NCBI GenBank assembly: GCA_937949615.1
Contig: CALEDQ010000018.1
Location: 12,161-76,160 of the forward strand
DNA length: 64,000 nucleotides
Source of the DNA: an uncultured bacterium
GTDB lineage: Bacteria; Muiribacteriota; Ozemobacteria; Ozemobacterales; Ozemobacteraceae
Direction: 5' to 3'
Of this stretch, positions 37,581-47,852 are shown piece by piece; within the stretch, counting starts at the first letter, position 1; each line of letters starts with the position of its first letter. Under the pieces are notes generated by a model that did not search any database, had not been told where the DNA came from, and saw only the letters and a program-made list of their open reading frames with translations. The position numbers and the translations under genes are program-made.

Positions 37581-40453
37581 GCTGATTTCTCCAGGCTTTG
37601 CAGCTCATAACAACTGTCAGCATGCCTGCAGAAAATATACGGTGAGCCCACCAGATTCTTTATTAAAGCTTCGCCAACAATAATTCTGGTAAAGCGCGCC
37701 GTTTTACTGGCACCCTCGTATTCTTCAGCTCTGGTTCTTGCCGGGCCGACTACAGAAAATTCAGACCTGGAACCAGATTTAAGAGTACCTGCCATTACCA
37801 GCCCATATTCAAGACCAATTCCGATTTCATAAGAAAAAAGCGCTCTGGAAGCTCTTTCAGCAATAATTGCCCGGTGCTTTTCAATCATTGCCGCAGCGGC
37901 TTCAATCGCGTTCAAACAGACACGACTGTCACTGCCAGGGAAAAATGCCACAATTGCGTCACCAATAAACTGTTCGATCTGCCCCTTACAATTTTGTATT
38001 TCGGTTACCATTGCCTGCAGATGATTGTTAAGCATCTGGCTCGTAATTTCGGGCGGATGTGACTCGGAAATGGTGGTAAAACTGCGGATGTCTGAAAACA
38101 GGATAACACCATAAAGTTCCTGCGCTTCTGTTCTGTCTGAGCCAGTCATAACATCCTGATCGAAAGTGCGCGACACGAATTTGCCGAGAATCTGGCGTTG
38201 CCTCAGACCTATGCCCATAAGATTGGTAGCATCGGCAAGTATTCCCAGCTCATTGCCATAGCTATAAGAGAAAGTTCTGGAAAAGTTGCCGGCAGAAATG
38301 TCGGAAAAAACTGCAGAAAGCTCTCTGGTCGGCTCGATCATGGTTTCTGAAACCCATGCCGCCAACAGATAAATCATGCCGGTCAGAATACTCAGCAAAA
38401 TGGCCAGCCACATAAGCTTCAGTTCGCGGTTTTTACGGATGTCGACAATGCCAAGCATAGCTCCGGCAGACATCGACTGCATCTTCATCAAGGGCTCATA
38501 GATGAAAATTTCGTTTTCATTACGCACTTCGAGCTGATATTTATAAATAGAAGATGACTTGATAAAATCGAGAAAACAGCGCCCCTTTTCACTCGATATA
38601 ATCCGTCGATCGGCATCGTCAATCAATATTTTCCGACCTCCATTAATGTCGTGAAGCCCGATATAGAGGTCGTCGGCCGAAATCGACACATCGCTGAATT
38701 CTTTGATTAAAAGCCTTATGGCCGCAGCATCGAGATTAAATCCGAGCGTAATGTAAGCAACAGGCCAGTCTTCACGCCCAACAACAAATGAATAATTCAA
38801 GAGATTTTCTGAAGCCGATTCTCCAAAATAGCCAGGTGTTTGCAGAGATTCTCTGAAAAGGGCAGACATTTGCCTGTCGCTCCTTTTAAAAGAATCAAAT
38901 ATCACCTTCTGCCCCGAAGACAGCAGCAGTTGCCTGGCATCCGGAAATTCAGAAGTTAATTTTGAATGCATTGAATAACATGAAGCAGAACTGTAATCGA
39001 GATGATGTCTGGCTAATAAACTGTTGCGGTAGGAGTCGGCAAAATATTGTGAGTGCCTGCCAGGCCGCATCAAAAGAAGATAGCCAAGAGAGACATCTAT
39101 CTGTCTGAGCTTTGCCGCAAGCAAATCGAAACCCTGCCGATTTTCGTTTTGAGATTCTGAAAGCAGCAAATCATGAAGCTGGTTGTCATTAAATCTTTCT
39201 TCAACCAGTCTGCTGCTGATTGAAATCATATCTTCAGATTTTTTGTTGATCAGTTCAAGTCTGGCAAAACCCTCCTGAACCCTTGTTCTGATGTTTGCCT
39301 CGTGCAGCTGGTCGATCAGCCTGACCCCGAAAAAGGCAAGCAGCAGAACCGGCAGCATCGCCGTCATAAAAAAGAGCAGACGAAATGCGAATTCAAGTTT
39401 GAATCCGCCGTCGGCCAGCCTTAGCCAGAAAAAAGCAGACCAGAGATAAATTATGCCGACAAGAATTCCCGGCAGCATAAAACCCCGATCGCTTTCTTCG
39501 CCATGCTTTCTGAGAAACAGCAAAGCAAAATAGGGCGTCTCATCAGCAATTGAATCGTAATAAAACCAGCTGTCATTAATACTCTGAAGAGTTCTTGGTT
39601 TAAGGCTGGCAATATTTCTGTAAAACCTGTTTATGCCGATGCGCGCTGCCTGCCATACCTCAACTACCTGCTCTGCCTGCCGGCAGAGAACCGGGGGATA
39701 AAGGCGGTTTAAATTTTTGCTGCAGATAAAAACCGGAAAAAGGTCTTTGTTTTCACGGGAAATCATGCTGGCCAGCCTGAAAAGAGCATGTCTGTCATTT
39801 TCGATCAACCCGCCCGGGAAAATTGCCATAAACCCGCTAGTACAGCCATTAGCACCGCCAAATTTTTCCCAGTAGAGGTAATGCTGATGTTTTTCGAATA
39901 TGACCGGCGTCAGGCGCCCCCGGCGTTCGCTGGCAAGATACCAGGGGGCAGAGTTCTCGCCGAAGACTCCCGCAAGAAACCGGCTGTGCTGGCCTATTTC
40001 CGACTCTGTCACATCGGGTCTTGCCAGTTTGACCAGCGAAGTGAAAGCTCTGGCCATCAGGCCTGTCTTATTGCTGCAGAAGATGGCATTTTCAGCGGCA
40101 GCAAACCTTTCTGAAGTGCCCGAGAAAAACCACAGTCGGCAGTTCCGCTTCAAATCTTCAGGCAATCCATCTGAATACAGTCCGGCAAAAACATCAGTTT
40201 TCACATCCGCTGATGATGGGCTTGAGCTAAGCTTCTCAACAATTTTCGAAAAGTGATTTTCAATCTGCAGATTCAACGAAAAGTTGGTCTGAATGCGGCT
40301 CATTATTGTCTGCAGACGTTTCTGCAAAGACCGCTGCTGTTCCAGTCGCTTTTCCCGCAACAGCATTGAATGCATCTCGGCAATAACGAAAAAAAGCAGC
40401 AGAAACAAAAGCAGCGGAAAGAGAAATGCAAAAATTTTGCGCGACTGCTTCAA
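37577..40453 (-). CDS. Membrane sensor class III adenylate/guanylate cyclase, paralog of the downstream gene
   Basis: CHD motifs VILFSDIRSFTTISE...IEQFIGDAIVAFF...VVGPARTRAEEYE. HAMP. Stop overlaps the next start by 4 bp. Confidence 0.8.
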   Translation of the reverse strand: MKQSRKIFAFLFPLLLFLLLFFVIAEMHSMLLREKRLEQQRSLQKRLQTIMSRIQTNFSLNLQIENHFSKIVEKLSSSPSSADVKTDVFAGLYSDGLPEDLKRNCRLWFFSGTSERFAAAENAIFCSNKTGLMARAFTSLVKLARPDVTESEIGQHSRFLAGVFGENSAPWYLASERRGRLTPVIFEKHQHYLYWEKFGGANGCTSGFMAIFPGGLIENDRHALFRLASMISRENKDLFPVFICSKNLNRLYPPVLCRQAEQVVEVWQAARIGINRFYRNIASLKPRTLQSINDSWFYYDSIADETPYFALLFLRKHGEESDRGFMLPGILVGIIYLWSAFFWLRLADGGFKLEFAFRLLFFMTAMLPVLLLAFFGVRLIDQLHEANIRTRVQEGFARLELINKKSEDMISISSRLVEERFNDNQLHDLLLSESQNENRQGFDLLAAKLRQIDVSLGYLLLMRPGRHSQYFADSYRNSLLARHHLDYSSASCYSMHSKLTSEFPDARQLLLSSGQKVIFDSFKRSDRQMSALFRESLQTPGYFGESASENLLNYSFVVGREDWPVAYITLGFNLDAAAIRLLIKEFSDVSISADDLYIGLHDINGGRKILIDDADRRIISSEKGRCFLDFIKSSSIYKYQLEVRNENEIFIYEPLMKMQSMSAGAMLGIVDIRKNRELKLMWLAILLSILTGMIYLLAAWVSETMIEPTRELSAVFSDISAGNFSRTFSYSYGNELGILADATNLMGIGLRQRQILGKFVSRTFDQDVMTGSDRTEAQELYGVILFSDIRSFTTISESHPPEITSQMLNNHLQAMVTEIQNCKGQIEQFIGDAIVAFFPGSDSRVCLNAIEAAAAMIEKHRAIIAERASRALFSYEIGIGLEYGLVMAGTLKSGSRSEFSVVGPARTRAEEYEGASKTARFTRIIVGEALIKNLVGSPYIFCRHADSCYELQSLEKSA

Positions 40454-40565
40454 TTGCGACTGTTCCCCGATTTAAGAATTAACTGAGTTTATAACTGAAT
40501 ATTAGAAAATGATACAACATACCCGCTTATCTGGGTATTTTTTTGCACCAGATCAGAAAGTGGCA

Positions 40566-42287
40566 TCATTTGGCAGGGTGACTATGAAGTCTGGCTTCAA
40601 GAAGCAGCAGATGCAGGGAATCCTGGGCCAGAGCGGCGTGCCGCAAACCGAATTCTTTACCCAGAACCCGGTCGGCCAGGCCGTGCAGGCTGGCTCTGAA
40701 TTCAGCCAGCGATTCGGCAGCGGCAGGCCCCTTAAGCAGCGGAAACTGCCAGGCAAGATCGTTGCCGGCATCAAACTGCGGGCCCTGCCAGCCAAAGGCG
40801 GGCGGATCGGCCATGAGGTAGGTTTCAAGCTCACCGGTCAGCGCGAACAGATCGAACGACACCCCGAACGGGTCAAAGGCAGGCCAGACAGCAGCTAACA
40901 GATCGAGGGTCGCCTGCCGGTCTGACGCATCTTCGCCCGGAAACCCGGTCATCAGAAACGTATGCACCGCAAGGCCGGCGGCAGCCGCATCGAGCAGAAC
41001 CCGCCGGGCGCGCACAGAATCGACTCCCTTGTTAAAACGGGCAAGAATGCGATCTGAGCCTGTCTCAAGACCAATAAACAGTTTAAGACAGCCGGAAGCG
41101 CGAGCCCGCAAAAAACCTTCGCGGTCATGCCCGGCATCGAGGCGGGCATAGCCGATCCAGAAAACCGGCTCAGGCAGAGCGGCAAAAACATCCGCCAGTT
41201 CGCGCAGACGCGCAGGCGGCAAAGCCTCGTCAACAATAAAAAACCGGCGATGACCGGCAGCGAAAAGCCTGGCAATTTCTTCTGAAACAGCAGTTAAAGG
41301 GCGCGGCCGGTACAATGGTCGGCCGCTCGCCGCCCGCACCGGGTGAATGCAGAACGCACACCGGCCCCAGGGGCAGCCTCTGGCAGTTTCTACCGGCATT
41401 ACCAGATGCGGCGTCAGATAGTCATGCAGCGGTAGAGCCGCAAAATCAGCCGGTTTTGAATTTGAAAAACCATGCAGAGACTGCTGCACGCCACAACTGC
41501 CCACACCAACCGTCCAGTTCAGCGAATTCGGCGAACCGGCAGGGCTCATACCTGCGGCAGCGCCTGCAACAAACGGTTCGCCATCGCCAAGGCAGGCCGC
41601 ATCGGTTATCGAGCCGAGCCAGGTCTGGTCTGCGAGCAGGCTGCGCCGGTAAGTTACCGCATCGCCGCCAAAAACAATTTTTGCCGTTGGCAGGTGTTTA
41701 CGGATAAATGCAGCCAAAGCAAGTGATGCCGGCAGCTGCGTATCTGAGATTATAGAGAAGCCGATAAATTCAGGCGCCCAGCGCATGATTTCAGCCAGTT
41801 CGCCGGCAAGATGTCTGATGAACGGAAGCTTTTCAGACTGCTCCACGGCAAGCTTCCAGCCGCCAGAAGAGTTCACCGATGGCAGACCGCCACAGGCATC
41901 CCAGAACAGGCGCGCCCGGCCGGCCGGATCAAATTCTGAATCGAAAATTTTCTGGGCTTCCTGAGTGATACGCAGATAATTCTGCGCATCGACCAGATTT
42001 TTCGGGTCGAGCAGTTTCTGCAGCAGAAAACGCCCGATCTCGCCGTTGCCGGTCGATTGAAGCAGATGCCGGTATAAAGCGACATTCAGATCAAATACCC
42101 TGGTATCGGCACCATCCCGTTGCATGACACCGGCCAGAACTGCCGGCGCCAGCGGCGGCTGCCGGGGGTCCCACTGTGGCGGAAAAATCAGCGCCGCCCG
42201 CATTCCCATTTGCAAAATAACACCAGCACCTTCCGGCAGGCCCACACAGGTGTGATATACAGCCTGCCAATTCATCAACACATTCAT
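40566..42287 (-). CDS. B12-binding-domain radical SAM protein (likely true start near 42203, MRAALIFPPQWDP)
   Basis: CxxxCxxC RGCPWGRCAFCIHP. N-terminal Rossmann-like B12-binding region typical of class B radical SAM enzymes. Confidence 0.7.
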   Translation of the reverse strand: MNVLMNWQAVYHTCVGLPEGAGVILQMGMRAALIFPPQWDPRQPPLAPAVLAGVMQRDGADTRVFDLNVALYRHLLQSTGNGEIGRFLLQKLLDPKNLVDAQNYLRITQEAQKIFDSEFDPAGRARLFWDACGGLPSVNSSGGWKLAVEQSEKLPFIRHLAGELAEIMRWAPEFIGFSIISDTQLPASLALAAFIRKHLPTAKIVFGGDAVTYRRSLLADQTWLGSITDAACLGDGEPFVAGAAAGMSPAGSPNSLNWTVGVGSCGVQQSLHGFSNSKPADFAALPLHDYLTPHLVMPVETARGCPWGRCAFCIHPVRAASGRPLYRPRPLTAVSEEIARLFAAGHRRFFIVDEALPPARLRELADVFAALPEPVFWIGYARLDAGHDREGFLRARASGCLKLFIGLETGSDRILARFNKGVDSVRARRVLLDAAAAGLAVHTFLMTGFPGEDASDRQATLDLLAAVWPAFDPFGVSFDLFALTGELETYLMADPPAFGWQGPQFDAGNDLAWQFPLLKGPAAAESLAEFRASLHGLADRVLGKEFGLRHAALAQDSLHLLLLEARLHSHPAK

Positions 42288-42344
42288 GATACAGATTATC
42301 TTGCTGCTGTTTCCAGCATGGAATTTTTCAGATTCTTCAGAACA

Positions 42345-42800
42345 TCAGCCGGTCTTGCTCAGATTTCTGATCAGATCGTGAAGAAGCTCATGCAGATTGC
42401 CGGCCTCATCTCTTCCGATATGAACACATGAAGCCATCTGACGAGGCACATCGACCATCGCCTTCTGCAGTTTTTTGCCCTGGCCGGTCAGCTGAATCCG
42501 CACCGTGCGTTCATCAGCGGCATCGCGCTCTCTTCGAATAAAACCTGAAGTTTCAAGTTTTTTCAGAAGTGGCGTAAGGGTGCCAGAATCGAGAAACAGG
42601 CGCTCTCCCAGTTCATTTACCGCGACGTCATCCTTTTCCCAGAGAGCCATCATTGCAATGTACTGTGTATAAGTCAGGCCGTGCCGATCAAGAAACGGCT
42701 TATAAAGCTTTATAACCAGCCTCGAGGCGGCATAAAGCGGAAAGCACAGCTGATTATCCAGCCTTAAGGCAGCAAATTCATCTTTCGCCGGCTTTTTCAC
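42345..42800 (-). CDS. MarR-family transcriptional regulator (OhrR-like)
   Basis: LDNQLCFPLYAASRL...MMALWEKDDVAVNELGERLFLDSGTLTPLLKKLETSGFIRRER. GTG start at 42800 with AGGAGA RBS 6 nt upstream chosen over TTG 42842. Confidence 0.7.
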   Translation of the reverse strand: MKKPAKDEFAALRLDNQLCFPLYAASRLVIKLYKPFLDRHGLTYTQYIAMMALWEKDDVAVNELGERLFLDSGTLTPLLKKLETSGFIRRERDAADERTVRIQLTGQGKKLQKAMVDVPRQMASCVHIGRDEAGNLHELLHDLIRNLSKTG

Positions 42801-43347
42801 ATTTTGTCTCCTGCGGCAGTAATTTAACAATAGCTGCTTCAAGTTCTTCTGGTTTGACCGTCGGGGCGAACCGGGTAACCACTCTGCCCTGCCGGTCGAT
42901 CAGAAACTTGGTAAAGTTCCATTTGATACCGCTGCCGGCTACCGTCTGAGCAAGCTTTACGAGAATCTGTCTGAAGGCTCCGGCCTCAGCATTTTCAACA
43001 TCTGCCGGGGCCTGCTGTTTGAGATAAACATACAGTGGATCGGCCTTCTCGCCGTTTACCTCGATTTTGCCGAAGGTGCGGAACGACACGCCGTATTTGA
43101 GCTGACAGAAGCTGGCGATCTCTTCGCCGGTACCTGGCGCCTGATTCATGAACTGATTGCATGGAAAATCGAGAATCTCGAAACCCTGATCACGATACTT
43201 TTTATAAAGCTTTTCAAGGCCTTCATACTGCGGCGTCAGTCCGCAGCCGGTGGCGGTGTTGACAATCAGCAGCACCCTGCCCTGATAATCGCGCAGCGAT
43301 ACCGGGTTCCCGTGAATATCATCAACCTTGAATTCATAAATGTTCAT
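42778..43347 (-). CDS. Glutathione peroxidase (Cys-type)
   Basis: VLLIVNTATGCGLTPQYEGLEKLYKKY and FPCNQFMNQAPG motifs. Confidence 0.85.
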   Translation of the reverse strand: MNIYEFKVDDIHGNPVSLRDYQGRVLLIVNTATGCGLTPQYEGLEKLYKKYRDQGFEILDFPCNQFMNQAPGTGEEIASFCQLKYGVSFRTFGKIEVNGEKADPLYVYLKQQAPADVENAEAGAFRQILVKLAQTVAGSGIKWNFTKFLIDRQGRVVTRFAPTVKPEELEAAIVKLLPQETKCEKAGER

Positions 43348-43543
43348 AATGGCTCCTTATTATTTATTACAATTAAATTGTATTCAATTTAATTGTAATT
43401 GTCAAATCACACCATCAACCCATCAACTGAGGGCGCTTCATTTTTCTTGTCGCGACGGAAAAGGTAGGCTAAATTAATATCAAAGCGAAGACTCTGGGGA
43501 AAAAGACAGAAACAGGGCAGCAAGTGCGGCAGGAGGACAAAAA

Positions 43544-44188
43544 ATGGATTGTGACGGAGCAGTTTACGCAAAATTTCCAGACGGAGGAATCCAGGCCCTT
43601 GAAGAAGCGATAAAAAAGGCCAGAGCCGCAGGCAAAGAGTTCAGCCCGTTAAAGGTTCTCGGTGGCGACCCGGCTGTGCATCAGTTTGCGGTTGTTGACC
43701 GCTGGAATCGAAGCGACAACCCGCCAATGTGGGTTGAAGCCTCCGATCCAGCCATTGCCAAAGAACTTGCCGAACTGTCGGCACAGGTTGGCGAAGTAGT
43801 AGCCTTTTACCTGATCGACGGAGGCCTCACTTCAGGAATTTATGCCGCCTGGCGCGACGGTAGCCTGGTCAGAAACCTGCAATGGGGAGATTTCATGTGG
43901 CTGGTCGCGGAAGGTGAACAGCAGCAATGGGAAAAACCTCTGTTCAGCCCGCAGGAACTGGAAGAAAATCTTGAGGCGGCACGCGACGATGGCCTGGAAG
44001 ACTCGGAGGCCCTCAATGCCTTCGTCGGTTCGCAAATTCTACCGATGGCTCATTTCCCCAGGCCAAACAATCTTATCAGGTACATCAACGAAGCATGCCC
44101 CGGCCCCAGATACGGTTTTCAGCCATGGCCGAAACGCTCTGATCTGGTCAAAGAGCTCAATCCGGCAAAAAAAATAGCCGGATTATAA
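43544..44188 (+). CDS. Hypothetical protein
   Basis: ORF with RBS. No motif recognised. Confidence 0.5.
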   Translation: MDCDGAVYAKFPDGGIQALEEAIKKARAAGKEFSPLKVLGGDPAVHQFAVVDRWNRSDNPPMWVEASDPAIAKELAELSAQVGEVVAFYLIDGGLTSGIYAAWRDGSLVRNLQWGDFMWLVAEGEQQQWEKPLFSPQELEENLEAARDDGLEDSEALNAFVGSQILPMAHFPRPNNLIRYINEACPGPRYGFQPWPKRSDLVKELNPAKKIAGL

Positions 44189-44206
44189 AAAGCGAAGGAA
44201 AAATGC

Positions 44207-44728
44207 ATGAAATTTAAAGAGTTTCCCCTCGGAAAAGTTAACAGCCTGCTTGAATCAGGGCCGGTTATTCTGGTTGCCACAGCCCACAATGGAAAGCGCA
44301 ACGTCATGCCCATGTCATGGCACATGATGGTCGACTTTAATCCGCCACTGGTCAGCTTTGTAATGAGCGATGAGAATTATTCTTTCGAGCTTCTCATCGG
44401 TTCTGGCGAGTGCGTAATCGCCATTCCCACGCTCGAAATTGCTGAGAAAACAATTAAATGCGGCAAAACATCGGGATCTGAAACAGATAAATTCACGGCA
44501 TTCGGATTAACCGCCAGCAAAGCAGAAATGGTCGCGGCTCCACTGATTGAAGAATGCTGTGTGAATCTTGAATGCAGAGTTGCAGATATCAGTCTGGTTA
44601 AAAGATACGGGCTTTTTATCGTCGAAGTCGTCAAAGCCTGGATAAACCCGGAAATGTCTGAACCGAAGACCATTCACCACCTCGGCAAGGATGACTACAT
44701 GGTTTCAGGTTATAAAATCAAACTTTGA
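44207..44728 (+). CDS. Flavin-reductase-like domain protein
   Basis: VILVATAHNGKRNVMPMSWHMMVDFNPPLVSF typical of flavin reductase-like FMN-binding domains. Confidence 0.7.
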   Translation: MKFKEFPLGKVNSLLESGPVILVATAHNGKRNVMPMSWHMMVDFNPPLVSFVMSDENYSFELLIGSGECVIAIPTLEIAEKTIKCGKTSGSETDKFTAFGLTASKAEMVAAPLIEECCVNLECRVADISLVKRYGLFIVEVVKAWINPEMSEPKTIHHLGKDDYMVSGYKIKL

Positions 44729-44829
44729 ACGGGCCGCTGCGAATAAATTGGACTGGCACCCGGCGTTCAGTTAAAATCGCATAACCAGACTTAAGATTAC
44801 AGCTGTCGTTGACAAAATGGAGGAAGCAG

Positions 44830-46452
44830 ATGATAAAAAGTGAGACTCTTGCGACCCTTTTTCCGCAGGATGCAAATATTCCGACTGAATTCAAAGCCCC
44901 GCAGATCGAACAACGCGACTATCTGATCGATGGAGAAATCCGGCAGTGGCAGGGCCAGATGCAGGAAATCATTTCGCCGGTCAGAATCAGAAGCGGCAGT
45001 GCTCCTGAACAGGTCAAGCTCGGCAGCGTGCCCGCCATGTCTGAACAGGCTGCCACAGATGCTTTGAATGCAGCGGCAACGGCCTATGACAACGGTCGGG
45101 GCAAATGGCCGACAATGTCGGTTGGCGAGCGCATCAAGCACGTGCAGAATTTTGTCGAACGCATGCTCGGCTGCCGTGACCGCGTCGTTAACCTGCTGAT
45201 GTGGGAAATCTGCAAAAACCTTGCCGATGCACAGAAGGAATTCGACCGCACCATCGACTATATCCGCGACACAGTCGAAGCGCTGAAAGAACTCGACCGC
45301 ACTTCATCGCGTTTTACCATTCAGCAGAAAATCATCGGCCAGATAAGACGGGCCCCGCTCGGCGTCGTGCTCTGCATGGGCCCGTTCAACTACCCGCTCA
45401 ACGAAACATTTACGACGCTGATTCCGGCCCTGATAATGGGCAATACCGTCGTTTTCAAACCGCCGAAACTTGGCGTGCTGCTTTTTCAGCCGCTGCTCGA
45501 AGCTTTTCGCGATTCATTTCCGAAAGGGGTCATCAATACGGTTTATGGCAGTGGCCAGACCGTGATCACACCGATGATGAGTTCCGGCAAAGTCGATGTT
45601 CTGGCCTTCATCGGCACCAGCCGTGTCTCAGACATTATCCGTAAATCACACCCGAAGCCGCACCGTCTGCGCTGTGTGCTCGGCCTTGATGCCAAAAATC
45701 CCTGTATCATCCTGCCGGATGCCGACATCGACCTGGCAGTCAAAGAGTGCATTCTTGGCAGTCTGTCATTCAACGGCCAGCGCTGCACTGCGCTGAAAAT
45801 GATCTTCGTGCACGCTTCAATTGCCGATGCGTTTCTCGCAAAATTTTCGGCCGAAGTAGAAAAGCTGCAGATCAACCTGCCCTGGGAAAAAGGCGCCCAG
45901 ATTACTCCGCTCGCCGAGCCCGGCAAATCAGAGCGACTTACCGATCTTATCAAAGATGCCCAGGCGAACGGCGCCAGAGTCGTCAATCCTTCGGGCGGCG
46001 CCTTCTCGGATTCACTGTTCTTTCCCGCCGTTGTTTACCCGGTTAACGACAAAATGAAGCTGTATCGCGAAGAACAGTTCGGCCCGGTCGTGCCAATTGC
46101 GGCCTATAATCGCGTTGAAGAAGCGATCGACTACGTCGTCGAGTCAGACTACGGCCAGCAGGTCAGCATTTTCGGCAAAGACGCGCAACAGATGGCTTCC
46201 CTGATCGATCCGCTGGTTAACCAGGTCTGCCGCGTCAACATCAACAGCCAGTGCCAGCGCGGCCCCGACACTTTCCCGTTCACCGGCCGCAAGGACTCAG
46301 CCGAAGGCACCCTTTCTGTCTCAGACGCATTGCGGGTTTTCTCGATCAGAACTCTGGTCGCTGCCAAAGACAGCGACGACAACAAGCAGCTGATCACGAA
46401 AATTCTCAAAGACGACCTGTCAAGCTTTCTGACAACCGACTTTCTGTTCTGA
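44830..46452 (+). CDS. Aldehyde dehydrogenase family, GapN-like (non-phosphorylating GAPDH-like)
   Basis: ALDH motifs FNGQRCTALK (catalytic Cys) and EEQFGPV. Start at MIKSETLATLF with GGAGGAAG RBS. Confidence 0.8.
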   Translation: MIKSETLATLFPQDANIPTEFKAPQIEQRDYLIDGEIRQWQGQMQEIISPVRIRSGSAPEQVKLGSVPAMSEQAATDALNAAATAYDNGRGKWPTMSVGERIKHVQNFVERMLGCRDRVVNLLMWEICKNLADAQKEFDRTIDYIRDTVEALKELDRTSSRFTIQQKIIGQIRRAPLGVVLCMGPFNYPLNETFTTLIPALIMGNTVVFKPPKLGVLLFQPLLEAFRDSFPKGVINTVYGSGQTVITPMMSSGKVDVLAFIGTSRVSDIIRKSHPKPHRLRCVLGLDAKNPCIILPDADIDLAVKECILGSLSFNGQRCTALKMIFVHASIADAFLAKFSAEVEKLQINLPWEKGAQITPLAEPGKSERLTDLIKDAQANGARVVNPSGGAFSDSLFFPAVVYPVNDKMKLYREEQFGPVVPIAAYNRVEEAIDYVVESDYGQQVSIFGKDAQQMASLIDPLVNQVCRVNINSQCQRGPDTFPFTGRKDSAEGTLSVSDALRVFSIRTLVAAKDSDDNKQLITKILKDDLSSFLTTDFLF

Positions 46453-46527
46453 GTATCGCCGTTGCAGGATCTCGATATTCTGCGAACTACTGACGCCTAA
46501 TCGCGTCAGCCCGCAAAAAGCATTTAA

Positions 46528-46558
46528 CCCGGCCGGAATGTGAAGGCCGGGTGTTTTT
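46528..46558. terminator. Bidirectional Rho-independent terminator
   Basis: CCCGGCC-ggaatgtgaa-GGCCGGG TGTTTTT between convergent genes. Confidence 0.65.
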
Positions 46559-46574
46559 ATCTGGCAGAAAACCT

Positions 46575-47852
46575 CTAGGCTGGGTCGAGAACCGCCAGAA
46601 ATTTATCGATGGCGGTGAAAAGCTCGCCGGTCAGTTTAAGCATAAAAAAGCGCTCTTTGAGATTGCCGGCAGTCATAAACGTCTTTTCCTGGTCGGCGAG
46701 GCGGAAAATTGAGGGGTCGGCCTCACGAAATGCGGTCTGCATCCTCGTGATAAAATCACGGTAGCGGCTTTCGATCTCAGTCGCCGGCACTTCATCGCTG
46801 AAACTGCGATTGGCATAGAGAATGCGGTTGATATTGAACAACCGCACAATCAGCTGGCGCTGGTGTTTGGGCGATCCGGCAATTTTGCTCTGCTGCTCGT
46901 AGCGCTCAGCAACCCTGAAAAGGCAATTGAAGAAAAGGCGGCGCAGCTGGCGATAAAACAGGCCACCGCGTTCGATGCGGCTCTCGATGACATATTTTTC
47001 TGGTTTCGGAACAGCGGCGAGAAAGCTGATATCCTTGTTCGCCTCTTCGGCGTGCTTTTTCAGGCTCATCATCAGATGCAGCAGGTCTCTGGCGAGATCG
47101 AAATACATACGGGTACAATCAGCATAGTCTTCAGATGCCGGTGATGAAATAATTTCAAGACTGCGGGCTTTCTGGTAGCGGTCTTTGAACTCGGCAGAGT
47201 TCAACCAGTCGAGACATGTGTAATAAACGTGCCCAACGTTGAGCAGCAGTTTTTCGGCACCGGCACTGCCGACCTTGCTGCCAAGAGCGGCACCGGGCGA
47301 GTTGAACACATCTTTTACCAGCCGGTTTTTTACCTCGGTATCTGATAAAGCAAAGGTTGTCAGCACTTCCTTTTCACCGGTAAACGAAAGAATGCGCGTA
47401 GAAGCAAGCGAGCTGCCTTTTCCTGCCCCGGCTTTCCAGTTAAAACCGGCGCTGATTTCATAAAACCCGGTCTTCTTTTCGCCAGACACCTTGAGATTGA
47501 AGTTTTCCTTGAGAACTTTATGCAGATTAGGGGTATCGGCGTCGGTAATACCTGGGTTCGAAAAGAAAATCGTCTCCTTGTCAGTTACAAAGGTCGAGAA
47601 CTGGTAAAGCTCGCCATTGGTGTCTGCCAGACCGATTGCCTGCAGTCCGTGCAGGTTCAGATCGGCTTCCTGATAGCATTGCTCGAGCACTTTCTCTGTC
47701 AGAGAAGCCGCGAGAAAATTTTCCGAAGTGAAGGTGGTTTCTTTTTTAAAGCTGTGCATGGCCTGAAAAAAGACGATTGAAGCTGAAACCAGCAGAAAAA
47801 AGCCGATCAGCAGTTCGAGAAGCGTCATACCTCGTGAATATCGCAGTTTCAT
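46575..47852 (-). CDS. Large protein with prepilin-type N-terminal methylation motif (pseudopilin-like)
   Basis: N-terminus RGMTLLELLIGFFLLVSASIVFF (type IV pilin-like cleavage/methylation motif). Confidence 0.6.
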   Translation of the reverse strand: MKLRYSRGMTLLELLIGFFLLVSASIVFFQAMHSFKKETTFTSENFLAASLTEKVLEQCYQEADLNLHGLQAIGLADTNGELYQFSTFVTDKETIFFSNPGITDADTPNLHKVLKENFNLKVSGEKKTGFYEISAGFNWKAGAGKGSSLASTRILSFTGEKEVLTTFALSDTEVKNRLVKDVFNSPGAALGSKVGSAGAEKLLLNVGHVYYTCLDWLNSAEFKDRYQKARSLEIISSPASEDYADCTRMYFDLARDLLHLMMSLKKHAEEANKDISFLAAVPKPEKYVIESRIERGGLFYRQLRRLFFNCLFRVAERYEQQSKIAGSPKHQRQLIVRLFNINRILYANRSFSDEVPATEIESRYRDFITRMQTAFREADPSIFRLADQEKTFMTAGNLKERFFMLKLTGELFTAIDKFLAVLDPA

